Positions 25,301 through 33,932 of a DNA stretch of 43,892 nucleotides are shown here, one piece after another. The translations under genes and the position numbers were made by a program. The first letter of the stretch is position 1; each line of letters starts with the position of its first letter. The notes beneath the pieces were generated by a model that searched no databases, had not been told where the DNA came from, and saw only the letters and a program-made list of their open reading frames with translations. Origin of the DNA: a virus; the UHGV virus genome UHGV-0392495, one strand, 5' to 3'.

Positions 25301-25639
25301 GGATATGGAGGAAGGAGTGCATACCCTATGTCCGCCTATGCGGCAGTCCCATATAGAATGCCAATGCTTGCAACCGGAACTGTAGTACCACCGCGGGCCG
25401 GAATGTTTGCTGCTATCCTGGGAGACAACAACCGTGAAACAGAGGTTGTCTCTCCGCTGTCAACTATGAAGCAAGCACTTAAAGAAGCGCTGGCAGAAAG
25501 CAATATATCTGGTGGGAACCAGATTGCCAAAGCAGAGCTAATCCTTGATGGCACAAGATTTGGTCAGCTTGTAGTCAAATTTGGAGACAACGAAAAGAAC
25601 CGTGTAGGTGTAAGAATGGTGACGGAAGGAAGTGTATAA
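22337..25639 (+). CDS. tail tape measure protein
   Basis: 1100 aa; internal approx. 60-aa coiled-coil repeats; C-terminal Gly/Ala-rich hydrophobic stretch; canonical position. Confidence 0.85.
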   Translation: MIFLAADGSVIIDTKFNTDGVEIGAKDIENTLRKSADAIGSYDKSVQDYVDNYVFNMEAATKSNNEFRREIETLKKNLKDLEGKGLYFGDEEYDNTYLKLQKVQQALKDYKKELISPTPNALPLDISTLEGQIDKLAFDLQRLKDRGKTFGDETFDSTYKAFQKANQELKDYKNQLVKPVQIPVDIDSMQGKINALKSQLDDLGKQGKTFGDATFDSTYQAFQKANEELKAYKSQLVKPVEIPVDISAESMQGQINTLKAQLDTLSKQGRTFGDIEYDQTALALKRAEQALVDYKNELFKTDAQREKEAESARKQAEQQAKLNQKLEEAKQKEAAAAAESARLAEIGQNAKISNPLVVKLREEIERLTLRQKDLEKAGLGPGYKEYDTVTATIKKLNAALTKYTIGTKKAGKETKKLNTGLKNTEKSSRGARMGIGRMLATSILFSTVFRAISAVTGGLKEGMDNLSQYSDDTNKALSMLMSSMTQLKNSFGTAFSPLVEYAAPALVQFINLLSQAVTWTAQLLAALTGKDTFVKAVKVQQDYADSLDKTKDETKDAAKETEKALAPFDKLIQITTGKKKSEDKNELKPEDMFTTEEVSNDIKLQAEAIKDTLGRLFDPLKESWLENGPQVMGSLQNTFSAIKQLASDVGASFMQVWNVEGYGKAITDDLLITFSNLVDTVGNLVTNFDKAWVSGDTGTNILRHLGDIILEITGFFRQASESLKEWSANLDFSPLLESFDRILIAIRPIVSDVGNLLLWFLNNVLLPIAKWGIEQALPKVFDLIAAALKTLHSVIEALKPMGIWLWENFLQPLGEWTGKLIIAALEKITEWLEKFSEWINRNQNLIENITIVVATFFAAWKFLEFVNGVKSIINVLQGSGGLIKILTTLASKLDFTSLKYAGMAAAIASVVKAIYDIYKNWDKMTPSEKVISGILAAAGAIAILAVALGAIGGPAMPVAIGLAIAAGIAASQIAANAGKRAASSGYSGGYGGRSAYPMSAYAAVPYRMPMLATGTVVPPRAGMFAAILGDNNRETEVVSPLSTMKQALKEALAESNISGGNQIAKAELILDGTRFGQLVVKFGDNEKNRVGVRMVTEGSV
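22570..23250 (+). repeat. four tandem approx. 180-bp repeats within tape measure gene
   Basis: repeated peptide G(K/R)TFGD(E/A)T(F/Y)D(S/Q)TY(K/Q)AFQKAN(Q/E)ELK(D/A)YK(N/S)QLVKPV(Q/E)IPVDI... seen four times. Confidence 0.7.
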
Positions 25640-26049
25640 TGGCGCAGAATGGGAACGGAGTATTTACCATAGACGGAGTTAATCTCCGCCTATGGGTAAA
25701 ATCCTTAAAGCGAAATTTTTCGGTCGCAGATAGTGAAAATTCTGGACGTTTGCAGTCTTACCGGATGCACCGGGATATCATTGGTACATTTTATAATTAT
25801 ACGCTTGATATTGATGCGGAAAGAAGTAATCCGGCTGACTATGATACGTTTTATGAAATCATATCTGCTCCGGTTGAGTCTCACGATGTGGTATTTCCTT
25901 ATGGACAGGAAACCAAAGAGTTTGAGGCATACATAACAAGCGGGGATGATGAAATAAAAATCAACAAGAATGGAAAAGAAGGGCAGCGTAACCATTGGAC
26001 CGGGTTATCTATTACCTTTACCGCTATGGAGCCGCAGAGGAGGCCGTGA
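25639..26049 (+). CDS. tail component (small, Dit-region)
   Basis: 136 aa; ATG overlaps tape measure stop. Confidence 0.4.
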   Translation: MAQNGNGVFTIDGVNLRLWVKSLKRNFSVADSENSGRLQSYRMHRDIIGTFYNYTLDIDAERSNPADYDTFYEIISAPVESHDVVFPYGQETKEFEAYITSGDDEIKINKNGKEGQRNHWTGLSITFTAMEPQRRP

Positions 26050-26050
26050 T

Positions 26051-27844
26051 GTGTTTTTAAAGCAATCCATATTATCTGACGCAGAACAAAATACTGAGGG
26101 ATTAAAGATTGTTTATGACGACTTGGCCCCTTATGCCAAAGAAAATAGTACAGCATCCATTACAATACCCGGACTAAGACCGAGAGTAGGACTTCATCCA
26201 GGTGCCGGTTTACATCCGCGTGGGACAATAACAGAGCAGGAATTTCCAGAATTAAAACGAGATGATATTTCTTATCCTGGGTATGCTCTATGCTTTCCAC
26301 GGTTTTCTCTATTGAATGGAAAGTATATCAATTTTCCAGATAATCCGCTTCCGTATGGGTATATAAGCCCTGAAGTATCAAATGAGCAAGGATTGTTCGG
26401 ATATGTTAAGCAAAGCCAAGGACTTAAACCCCAAATAGGTTTGCATCCAGGAATGTTTTTATATCCTAAGTCAACCACTGAAAAGTTAATCGAATCCCCC
26501 ATGATTACAGTAACCTTTAATCAAAAATTCACCAGTGTAGGATTGCTCTTTACTTTTAATATGATGTCCGGAGATTATTGTACACGAATGAGAGTAAAGT
26601 GGTATGCAGATAATAACCTCTTGTCAGATATGGAGTTTTCCCCGGATTCAGTGCGATATTTTTGTAATAACTATGTGAGAGGATATAACAAACTTGAAAT
26701 TACGTTTTTGCAGACATCAAAACCCATAAGGCCAGTATTTGTCACCAGAATAGATTATGGAATATACCGTGATTTTCTAGACAACGAATTATTGGAAAGA
26801 AACTGTTTGCAAGAAATCAATGCAATATCAGAAAGTATAAGTATTAACACCTTGAATTTCACGGTCAGGACAACATCCAATATACCGTTTGATTTACAGA
26901 AAAAGCAGAAACTTACTTTATATTTCAACGGTGAGTTGATAGGAAATTTTTATCTCAAAAACGGTGCAAGGAAAAACAAGACGGATTACCATATGGACGC
27001 GCATGATGCAGTGGGGGTATTGGATGGTAATGAATTTGTTGGAGGAATATATACAGGCCAGCCGGTTTCTGAAGTATTAGAGAAAATATTTGAGAATGAG
27101 GATTTTAATTATATGTTGGATGAATCATTTTCAAATATTCCACTGCATGGATATATCCCATATACCACCAAAAGAAATGCATTGGTATATATTTGCTTTG
27201 CTATTGGGGCTATTGCAGATACAAGCAATTACGATGGCATTGTTATCTATCCACAGGAGAATGCTTTGAGTGGTGAATTTTTGAATGATGAAGTATTTTC
27301 AGGTGTTACATTGGAGCATTCTGATATTGTCACTGGAATCCGTTTGACAGTCCATTCTTACCAGAAATCAAACGAAACGCAGGAATTGTATAATGATGAT
27401 TTGAATGGCACGGCAGAAGTTATTTTTAGTGAACCTTATCACAGTTTGGAGATAACTGGTGGTACCATTGGTCAGTATGGTGATAACTATGCTTACATAA
27501 CCGGAACCGGTGGCAATGTAACGCTAACTGGTAAAAGATATAACCATCTTACCACTTCAATCCTTAAGGAAAATCCAGATATTGTATTTAACAAAAATAT
27601 TCGCGAAGTAACAGATGCAACATTAGTTTATAGCGGAAATGCGCAACAAGTGCTTGACCGCGTATATGCATATTACCAGCAAGCAGAAAATGTTGTTGGT
27701 GACGTACTTATAGGAAACAAAAAGTTAGGACAAAAAGTTAAAATTGATACAGATTATGATGGATACCGCATAGGCATTATTGAGAGTTACAATTATAGTT
27801 TTTCTCCCAATGAAATCAAGGCGGAGGTAAAAATACATGAGTGA
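26051..27844 (+). CDS. distal tail / baseplate-region protein (597 aa)
   Basis: GTG 26051 with GAGGAGG 7 nt upstream; internal duplicated motif GLRPRVGLHPGAGLHPRG / GLKPQIGLHPGMFLYPKS. Confidence 0.5.
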   Translation: MFLKQSILSDAEQNTEGLKIVYDDLAPYAKENSTASITIPGLRPRVGLHPGAGLHPRGTITEQEFPELKRDDISYPGYALCFPRFSLLNGKYINFPDNPLPYGYISPEVSNEQGLFGYVKQSQGLKPQIGLHPGMFLYPKSTTEKLIESPMITVTFNQKFTSVGLLFTFNMMSGDYCTRMRVKWYADNNLLSDMEFSPDSVRYFCNNYVRGYNKLEITFLQTSKPIRPVFVTRIDYGIYRDFLDNELLERNCLQEINAISESISINTLNFTVRTTSNIPFDLQKKQKLTLYFNGELIGNFYLKNGARKNKTDYHMDAHDAVGVLDGNEFVGGIYTGQPVSEVLEKIFENEDFNYMLDESFSNIPLHGYIPYTTKRNALVYICFAIGAIADTSNYDGIVIYPQENALSGEFLNDEVFSGVTLEHSDIVTGIRLTVHSYQKSNETQELYNDDLNGTAEVIFSEPYHSLEITGGTIGQYGDNYAYITGTGGNVTLTGKRYNHLTTSILKENPDIVFNKNIREVTDATLVYSGNAQQVLDRVYAYYQQAENVVGDVLIGNKKLGQKVKIDTDYDGYRIGIIESYNYSFSPNEIKAEVKIHE

Positions 27845-28274
27845 GTATTTGGAAGCGCTTATTTTTGACCGCGTACAAGCTGATGTAGATAACCTTAGAA
27901 ATAAGGCATACATAGACTATGGAGACTTAAACCGGATAGAGAATGCTGTTAAGTGGGTATCCTATGTGCTTAATAAATATGGGTATAAGCACACAATAGT
28001 ATCAAAAACATGGAAACCACAAGACCATAGGACTGATGCTGAGATGGAACGTCTACATAAAAATATCGTTGCTATCCGGTCAGCTTATTACACATTTGAA
28101 AGTACCCCGCTTACTCCAGATAAAATTACATATACGTCAATTTATCAGGCCAATGCCATAGAAAAGATTATATATGATGTGGGAGATTTGATTGAAAAAT
28201 CATTTCCGGGTCCAACCCACCTTGCATTTAAACTTGGAACAAAGGCAATAGGAAATAGGAGCATAAGTCTATGA
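27837..28274 (+). CDS. hypothetical tail protein
   Basis: 145 aa, overlapping neighbours. Confidence 0.4.
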   Translation: MSEYLEALIFDRVQADVDNLRNKAYIDYGDLNRIENAVKWVSYVLNKYGYKHTIVSKTWKPQDHRTDAEMERLHKNIVAIRSAYYTFESTPLTPDKITYTSIYQANAIEKIIYDVGDLIEKSFPGPTHLAFKLGTKAIGNRSISL

Positions 28275-28735
28275 GTTTAAAAACGGATTATAAAAATGAT
28301 AAATTTTCCGGGATGCGTAAATACCAGATTATCACCGACAGTACAACTGGGTTGTCTACGTTGGAGGATAAAACCATTTACGTAGAGGTAGGTGACGTAT
28401 TTTCTGCTGACGATATCAATAATACCAATAAGACTGTCAATGAAATAGAAGGGACAGTTGCGGATATGATTGGAACCATTAGGCTCAATTATCCTGCATC
28501 TGGGTGGAGTACACAGGCACCGTATACACAAACTGTTAACGCAAATATAAAGAATACAGATGAGCCTGTACCCATGTTTGAATATCCCACTATCAGTTCG
28601 GAGCAGCAACAGAAAGCCGTAGACAGAAGTGTTGGATATATTACCGGTATAGTAACAAATAATGGGTCAGTGACTATTACCTGTGATTTTAGGAAACCAA
28701 CAGCTGATTTTATACTTGTATTGAAAGGAATATAA
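28271..28735 (+). CDS. hypothetical tail protein
   Basis: 154 aa. Confidence 0.4.
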   Translation: MSLKTDYKNDKFSGMRKYQIITDSTTGLSTLEDKTIYVEVGDVFSADDINNTNKTVNEIEGTVADMIGTIRLNYPASGWSTQAPYTQTVNANIKNTDEPVPMFEYPTISSEQQQKAVDRSVGYITGIVTNNGSVTITCDFRKPTADFILVLKGI

Positions 28736-28737
28736 CA

Positions 28738-29157
28738 ATGAAACTTGGATTACCGTTTAAAGGAAGTGGGGTTGATGTTACCGGCCTAACCGCTACCTCA
28801 CCAAGAGTTAAAAAGGGAAAAACCTTTTATGGAGCTGGGACCGATAACGAACAGTCTGGGACAATGCAAGATGTTGAATCGGTTAATAAAAAGATGGATA
28901 TAAACGAAACATATAATATCATACCTGGATACCATGATGGAAATGATACCTTCTATCAAAATCTCGAAACATATAATGGTGGATTTGTTGACCCTGGCCC
29001 AGGGACACAGGTGGTTGAAACCAAAGGGAAATACGCAATGCATGATATTATTGTATTGGAAGTAAGCGGATTGCGACCAGATGTAATAAAATATGGCGTG
29101 ACGGTCGGCGAAGGTGAAGGGGCGGTAACTGGTACATGGCAGGGTTTTGTAAGTTAG
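28738..29157 (+). CDS. tail fibre/receptor-binding paralogue (short)
   Basis: shares a G-rich beta-type domain with the next gene (GT.QD... / GTLPDKK...; PGPG/GPGA motifs). Confidence 0.4.
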   Translation: MKLGLPFKGSGVDVTGLTATSPRVKKGKTFYGAGTDNEQSGTMQDVESVNKKMDINETYNIIPGYHDGNDTFYQNLETYNGGFVDPGPGTQVVETKGKYAMHDIIVLEVSGLRPDVIKYGVTVGEGEGAVTGTWQGFVS

Positions 29158-29174
29158 TGGAATGGATGGTGTAT

Positions 29175-30077
29175 ATGGCGAAGTTGGCGTTACATAAATT
29201 TGGTAGTCAAGCGAATCTGGATGACTTAACAGCAATGCCAGAGGATGTATTGGAAGGTAATATATTCCTTGGGAAAGGAAGCGAGGAGAAACAGACCGGA
29301 ACACTTCCAGACAAAAAATCCCCAACAATTATATTGCCGGCAAACGGGGAAATAAAACTTGAACCTGGATATTATTCAGGTGGGAAAATCACCCAGAACA
29401 TTGAAACATTTAATGCACAGACAATCGGTCCTGGAGCAAAACAAATCACGGTCAAGACTGCTGGAAAATACGGGAATGGTGATATCACTATTAATCCGGT
29501 TAAAAACCTAACCCCTTCGGTCATTAAAAAAGGTGAATATGTTGCAGGCGTAGGTCCTGGACTGTGGGAAGGATATGTAAATGAGGACCCATATACCCCA
29601 TATCTATTCGGGACATTTTATGGCTCACAGGGTATTACATATTTTAGGTATACAACATATAGACAAGGTACTGGTACGGTAAAACTGTCAAAGGACCACA
29701 TAGAAGCAAGTGCAGGTTCAGGAGAAACAGTCGCATTTGTTTTTGACCTACCCATCAACCTTACAAATGTAAAATCGGTTACGGTCCAAATGTCTGGAAC
29801 CGGAAAGGTTTGCAAGGTTATGGTATGCCGGAATAGGGTGGAAAACTATATTGAGGAAGCATATCAGTCCGGTTCAAGCGTGCAATATAGATATAATCCG
29901 AATCTAGGTGACATATTACTTGATGGGTCAATTGGAAGAAGTAGCTCTTCCGGCGCTGAATGGGAGCAAGAAAAAACATTTACCTTAAGCGGAATAACTG
30001 GCAATGCCTACCTGTATATTGGAGCTTCTGGGGCTGCGTTTGACTACAATTTATATTTGGCTAGATTTAATCTATAA
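29175..30077 (+). CDS. tail fibre / receptor-binding protein paralogue (300 aa)
   Basis: ATG 29175 inside track ORF; paralogous domain to 28738 gene. Confidence 0.45.
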   Translation: MAKLALHKFGSQANLDDLTAMPEDVLEGNIFLGKGSEEKQTGTLPDKKSPTIILPANGEIKLEPGYYSGGKITQNIETFNAQTIGPGAKQITVKTAGKYGNGDITINPVKNLTPSVIKKGEYVAGVGPGLWEGYVNEDPYTPYLFGTFYGSQGITYFRYTTYRQGTGTVKLSKDHIEASAGSGETVAFVFDLPINLTNVKSVTVQMSGTGKVCKVMVCRNRVENYIEEAYQSGSSVQYRYNPNLGDILLDGSIGRSSSSGAEWEQEKTFTLSGITGNAYLYIGASGAAFDYNLYLARFNL

Positions 30078-30086
30078 GGAGGTTAC

Positions 30087-30638
30087 ATGAATAACATAGA
30101 AAATATCCAAGAATATATACCTACTGTGTATGTTAATGACTCTGAGCCAGATTTGGATGAGACAAACTTAAACAAAACAGAACAGGCAATAAAACGGGTA
30201 ACCGATGCAGCCAATAAAGCAGTTGATGCATTAAAGCAACTGGACCGGGAGAAGTTAGCGTTATCTGCTATATCTAACGTATTATCTGATGCTACAGATA
30301 AGGTTCCATCATTGGCTTTAGCTAATACAATGCAGCTCGCGATTAATGACTTAAATAGCAATTTAGGAAACTTACAAGGATTATGTAATGACCTGGATAC
30401 GCTATGGTCTCAAGATTATGTGTCCTGCGTTGCTATTAAAAGATTTTCTGGTACTACCCTAAATACACCATATAAGCAAGATGCTGCTCTTACAGCAGGA
30501 CGCGCCGATGGATTTGTAATCTCATTATACTTGGAGGCTTGGGGGGTACAAGTGGCGGCCTATGTTGGTAATGCTGGAGATTGCCTATATCGGAGAGGGC
30601 TTGATAACGGAACCAAAACAATCTGGACTACAATATGA
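30087..30638 (+). CDS. short tail fibre protein: coiled-coil N-terminus + C-terminal knob-like domain (currently expressed variant)
   Basis: RBS TAAGGAGG; C-terminus ...CLYRRGLDNGTKTIWTTI; contains left inverted repeat 30353-30366 at the N-domain/knob junction. Confidence 0.5.
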   Translation: MNNIENIQEYIPTVYVNDSEPDLDETNLNKTEQAIKRVTDAANKAVDALKQLDREKLALSAISNVLSDATDKVPSLALANTMQLAINDLNSNLGNLQGLCNDLDTLWSQDYVSCVAIKRFSGTTLNTPYKQDAALTAGRADGFVISLYLEAWGVQVAAYVGNAGDCLYRRGLDNGTKTIWTTI

Positions 30639-31092
30639 TTATCTGATGTTACGAGATACATCGAATGTAATATAGCCCTTATCTACCCCGTCAACAAAGA
30701 ACTGTACATAGTTTTGTGTATCATTAAGTTTGTTGACATACAAGGACACTGCCTTTCCAGATGATACACCTGTAGTTTTGACTGCGTTGAAAAAATCGGA
30801 GCCTTGAATGCTATAACCCCATTCACTCCAAGTATTGGTGTCAATATTAAATGTGCGAAAGTATATTTTTCCAGTGGCAAAATCACGTATTGTTTGGCAT
30901 GGGTAACTATTCCCTGTTGATAACTCAACTTTTAAGGTAAATGCCTTTTGGGTGGGACTTCCTATTAAACTGGCCGCAACAGTATTATTAGGACAGTAAT
31001 AATTACCAGGTGTTTTATAGCCAGTTAGATTTGCTCCACTTGGTATTGCGGTCCCCCCAGACAGTTTATAATAACCTTCTAAATTGCTATTT
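30353..31092. other. putative invertible segment bounded by perfect 14-bp inverted repeat AAATAGCAATTTAG
   Basis: left copy 30353-30366 (+ strand, codons N-S-N-L of fibre gene), right copy 31079-31092 (reverse complement; codons N-S-N-L of cassette); same codon phase in both. Confidence 0.6.
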
Positions 31093-31094
31093 TG
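30639..31094 (-). other. start-less inverted tail-fibre C-terminal (knob-like) cassette, alternative receptor-binding domain
   Basis: 152-codon open frame on minus strand with no ATG/GTG/TTG; bounded upstream by TAG (31095-31097 forward CTA); stop TAA abuts the + gene stop; protein-like sequence ...GNYYCPNNTVAASLIGSPTQKAFTLKVELSTGNSYPCQTIRDFATGKIYFRTFNIDTNTWSEWGYS...; begins exactly at right inverted repeat 31079-31092. Confidence 0.6.
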
Positions 31095-31126
31095 CTATAT
31101 AAAAACATACCCATGAAAGGAGTAAA

Positions 31127-31540
31127 ATGAACCAATTAAAACTATTAAACAACACAAAATACGACTTAATTACAAACGGGGTGGAAGAATCAGGCGATTA
31201 CCTAACCCTGTCGTTTCTTCCCGTCCTAGATAGTTTTGAAACGGTAGAATCCGAATTTAATCCGACAAATACAGAAAAAATTTACATACTTGGTTTGGAC
31301 GGTCAGCCGATGGAAGTAAAAACCGGATTTACTCGGCTGGTTGAGATGCGCAAGAAAATGGATTATGTCATTTCATCTGAAACAGTAAATACCGGAACCG
31401 AGGAAGAGCCGAATTATGAAACCAATGAAGTGAAGGATACCATTATGGTTGTTAAACTTCGTAGGCCAGATATCCGGGATACAGTGCGGACATTGCAAGA
31501 TACAGTGGATACAATGATTTTAAGTCAGCTGGAGGTGTAA
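31127..31540 (+). CDS. hypothetical protein (XkdW-position)
   Basis: RBS AAAGGAG; 137 aa; acidic. Confidence 0.4.
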   Translation: MNQLKLLNNTKYDLITNGVEESGDYLTLSFLPVLDSFETVESEFNPTNTEKIYILGLDGQPMEVKTGFTRLVEMRKKMDYVISSETVNTGTEEEPNYETNEVKDTIMVVKLRRPDIRDTVRTLQDTVDTMILSQLEV

Positions 31541-31541
31541 T

Positions 31542-31667
31542 ATGTATACAACATTAAAAAGGCTATATAACGATGGCAAAGGGCCACTAACGGTTGCCGA
31601 ACTCAACCGAGCCGTGTCAATTGGATGGATTACAGAGCAGCAGAAAAACAGCATAATTGGGGGATAA
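31542..31667 (+). CDS. XkdX-family microprotein (41 aa)
   Basis: hand-translated MYTTLKRLYNDGKGPLTVAELNRAVSIGWITEQQKNSIIGG; matches XkdX-like pattern (...Y..G..T.......V..G.IT..Q...I.G); GGAGG upstream. Confidence 0.5.
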   Translation: MYTTLKRLYNDGKGPLTVAELNRAVSIGWITEQQKNSIIGG

Positions 31668-31669
31668 TT

Positions 31670-32410
31670 ATGAGAGATATCACATTGTGCCATCCACGCT
31701 TGCAGATTTTAGCGGGCCAGTTGGTGGATGAATGCAATAAACAGGGATTGAAAATTAAAATAGGCGAAACCTTCCGAACCGTAGCAGAACAAGATGCATT
31801 ATATGCACAGGGACGTACACAGCCTGGAAATATCGTTACAAATGCTCCTGGTAGTAGCTATAGTTCCTATCATCAGTGGGGTACTGCCTTTGATATCTTC
31901 CGCAATGATGGATCGGGAGCTTATAATGAAATTGGCGGCTTTTTTAACAGTGTAGGTGCTATCGGTGTATCTTTGGGACTTGAATGGGGCGGAAATTGGA
32001 AGTCTATTGTAGACAAGCCGCATTTTCAGCTTCCAGACTGGGGAAGTAGTACATCTGGAATCAAGAAATTGTATCGCAACCCGGATGAATTTATGAAAAC
32101 CTGGGTGACAGAGGAACGCACTGGCTGGATTAAGGATAATAACGGCTGGTGGTACCGCAACCCAGATGGGACTTACCCAGCTAATAAGTGGTGTGTCATA
32201 AATCACCATTGGTATCTATTTAATAAGGATGGATATGCTTGCACCAGCTGGCACCGCTGGAATGGTAGCGTATGTGACCCGGAGGACGGCTCAGGAGACT
32301 GGTACTATTTCGACCCAACATCAGATGGTCCGCTGGAGGGGGCCTGCTGGCATAGTCAGGAAAATGGTTCGCAGGGAATCTGGTACATAGAGGATTCTGA
32401 TTCAATATAA
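31670..32410 (+). CDS. endolysin: N-terminal M15-type (VanY/L-Ala-D-Glu peptidase-like) domain + C-terminal cell-wall-binding repeats
   Basis: ATG 31670; SSYHQWGTAFDI ... KPHFQL resemble M15 zinc-peptidase H/D/H ligand regions; C-terminus has aromatic repeats GWIKDNNGWWYRNPDGTY / HWYLFNKDGY / GDWYYFDPTSDG (choline/glucan-binding-like). Confidence 0.8.
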   Translation: MRDITLCHPRLQILAGQLVDECNKQGLKIKIGETFRTVAEQDALYAQGRTQPGNIVTNAPGSSYSSYHQWGTAFDIFRNDGSGAYNEIGGFFNSVGAIGVSLGLEWGGNWKSIVDKPHFQLPDWGSSTSGIKKLYRNPDEFMKTWVTEERTGWIKDNNGWWYRNPDGTYPANKWCVINHHWYLFNKDGYACTSWHRWNGSVCDPEDGSGDWYYFDPTSDGPLEGACWHSQENGSQGIWYIEDSDSI

Positions 32411-32696
32411 AAGCGCCAGAACCTAACTCTGACGCTTCCATATAATGTACCATCTTCGGAAATATGCAACACGAAATGCAACACGGAGCCTGGAAACCGC
32501 ATAAAACCGTTGTATTTTACGGGTCCGATTCCCGTCAGCAGCTTTTCCATAAAACCTTGTAGATACGGGAAAAACAACGTATTTACAAGGTTTTTTCATG
32601 TTTTAAAACAGCACTTCCTATGCCTACCACGGTGGAAAATATGCTATTTTTTATTATATATGCAACACGATGCAACACGGAAAATATGTTATTTTA
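32411..32696. promoter_or_regulatory. attP-like region with multiple direct repeats (candidate Int/Xis arm sites)
   Basis: TGCAACACG x4 (32465-32473, 32477-32485, 32661-32669, 32671-32679); CATAAAACC(G)TTGTA x2 (32500-32514, 32548-32562); GGAAAATATG(C/T)TATTTT x2; lies at 3' end of integrase. Confidence 0.5.
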
Positions 32697-33785
32697 TTAC
32701 ATGCTGTTTAATTTTTCAAAGTGCTTATTAATTTTTTTGTTCTGCCGGACGCTTTCCAGGTCAATTACATTTCTATATACTGCTTTCATGATATTGTCGC
32801 TGGCCCATCCCCCCCGTTGTAAAATATATTGGTCCGGTATGCCTATGGCGTGCATAATGGATGCAGCATAATGCCGGAGGTCATGGAATCTGAAGTGGGG
32901 TATATCAATCTTTTTGAGTACTCGTCCGAATCGGTGTGTGATGTAATCCGGGTTCATGTCAACCAATTTTCCTTTTTTTCCAGATATCCGGTCAATTACA
33001 AATGCTGGCATTTCTACATCCCGTGTGCTATCATCCGTCTTAGGCTGTTTGATATACCATTGATTGTCTGGCCCCTTGACCATATTATCTCTTACATGGA
33101 TAATTTTTCCATCCACGTCCTTATCGGTTAGAGCACTTATTTCCCCTCTCCTAAGTGGACCAAACGCAGCCAGTAATACAGCTATCTCCAAATCAGTGCC
33201 TTTAATAGCGTCCAGCAACTTTTTAATATCATTGTCATTTGGGCAATATAAGTTAGGACGTTTTTTCTGCGGCAGTTTAACGTTTAAAGTTAATTCGGGT
33301 GCAAACATTTCCAGTGTTGGAGATAACAGACCATAGGCATTTCTTACCGTCTTTGGAGATAGTTTTTTTGCAGCTAAATTACTTACCCATATTTGCACAG
33401 ATGGACTTGTCAGTTCTGAAAGCTTTTTTTGGCCAAATGCGCCGCCGAAATACTGTCTTTGCAGACCAGTGTACCCTCTAAGCGTAGAAGGGCTTAAAAC
33501 ACCGCTCTTGGCGTTTAAATAGCGTTCAATAGCATCATTAACTGTAATATCTTCTTCGTCCTCTTCCGGTACGTTGTATTGTTCTATGGGCTTGTCCTTC
33601 ATATCTAATTTCCATCTAGCTGCCATTTCTTGTGCGATTTTGCGTGATGGGGCAACAAAACTTTTGTAATGCCGTTTACCTTTCTCATCCGTATATAAGT
33701 ATAATTGTACACGGATATTTTTGGATGGTAGTTCGCCTATTTTCTTTTTCGGGGCTTTCTTTGTCATTTTCCTTTCCTCCTTCAA
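32697..33785 (-). CDS. int: phage integrase (tyrosine recombinase) adjacent to attP
   Basis: 362 aa; Lys-rich N-terminus (arm-binding type); catalytic-domain hallmarks (R...HDLRH...Y; ...HFRFHDLRHYAASIM...); canonical position next to lysogeny module. Confidence 0.85.
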   Translation of the reverse strand: MKEERKMTKKAPKKKIGELPSKNIRVQLYLYTDEKGKRHYKSFVAPSRKIAQEMAARWKLDMKDKPIEQYNVPEEDEEDITVNDAIERYLNAKSGVLSPSTLRGYTGLQRQYFGGAFGQKKLSELTSPSVQIWVSNLAAKKLSPKTVRNAYGLLSPTLEMFAPELTLNVKLPQKKRPNLYCPNDNDIKKLLDAIKGTDLEIAVLLAAFGPLRRGEISALTDKDVDGKIIHVRDNMVKGPDNQWYIKQPKTDDSTRDVEMPAFVIDRISGKKGKLVDMNPDYITHRFGRVLKKIDIPHFRFHDLRHYAASIMHAIGIPDQYILQRGGWASDNIMKAVYRNVIDLESVRQNKKINKHFEKLNSM

Positions 33786-33932
33786 TTTATTTCCCTAAAA
33801 TGGGTATAAAAAATACAGCTCCGCAAATATCTTGCAAAGCCGCCCCGAAGATGGTACAATATAGGTGCGAATTATAGTGCATATCTTCGGGTATGTAGGC
33901 CGGTTCCTGTTGGCGCAGGGGCCGGTTTTATT

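Noticed and set aside
31095-31115. ATG (MGMFLYSK) that could start the inverted cassette with a +1 shift at an A4 run
   Set aside because: No RBS on the minus strand there (the region is the + strand RBS of 31127 gene); the silent-cassette interpretation fits better than a frameshifted pseudogene
32510-32871. ORFs 32510-32731 and 32620-32871 (+) in the attP region / antisense to int
   Set aside because: Lie in a repeat-rich AT-rich non-coding attP region and antisense to integrase 3' end; no RBS
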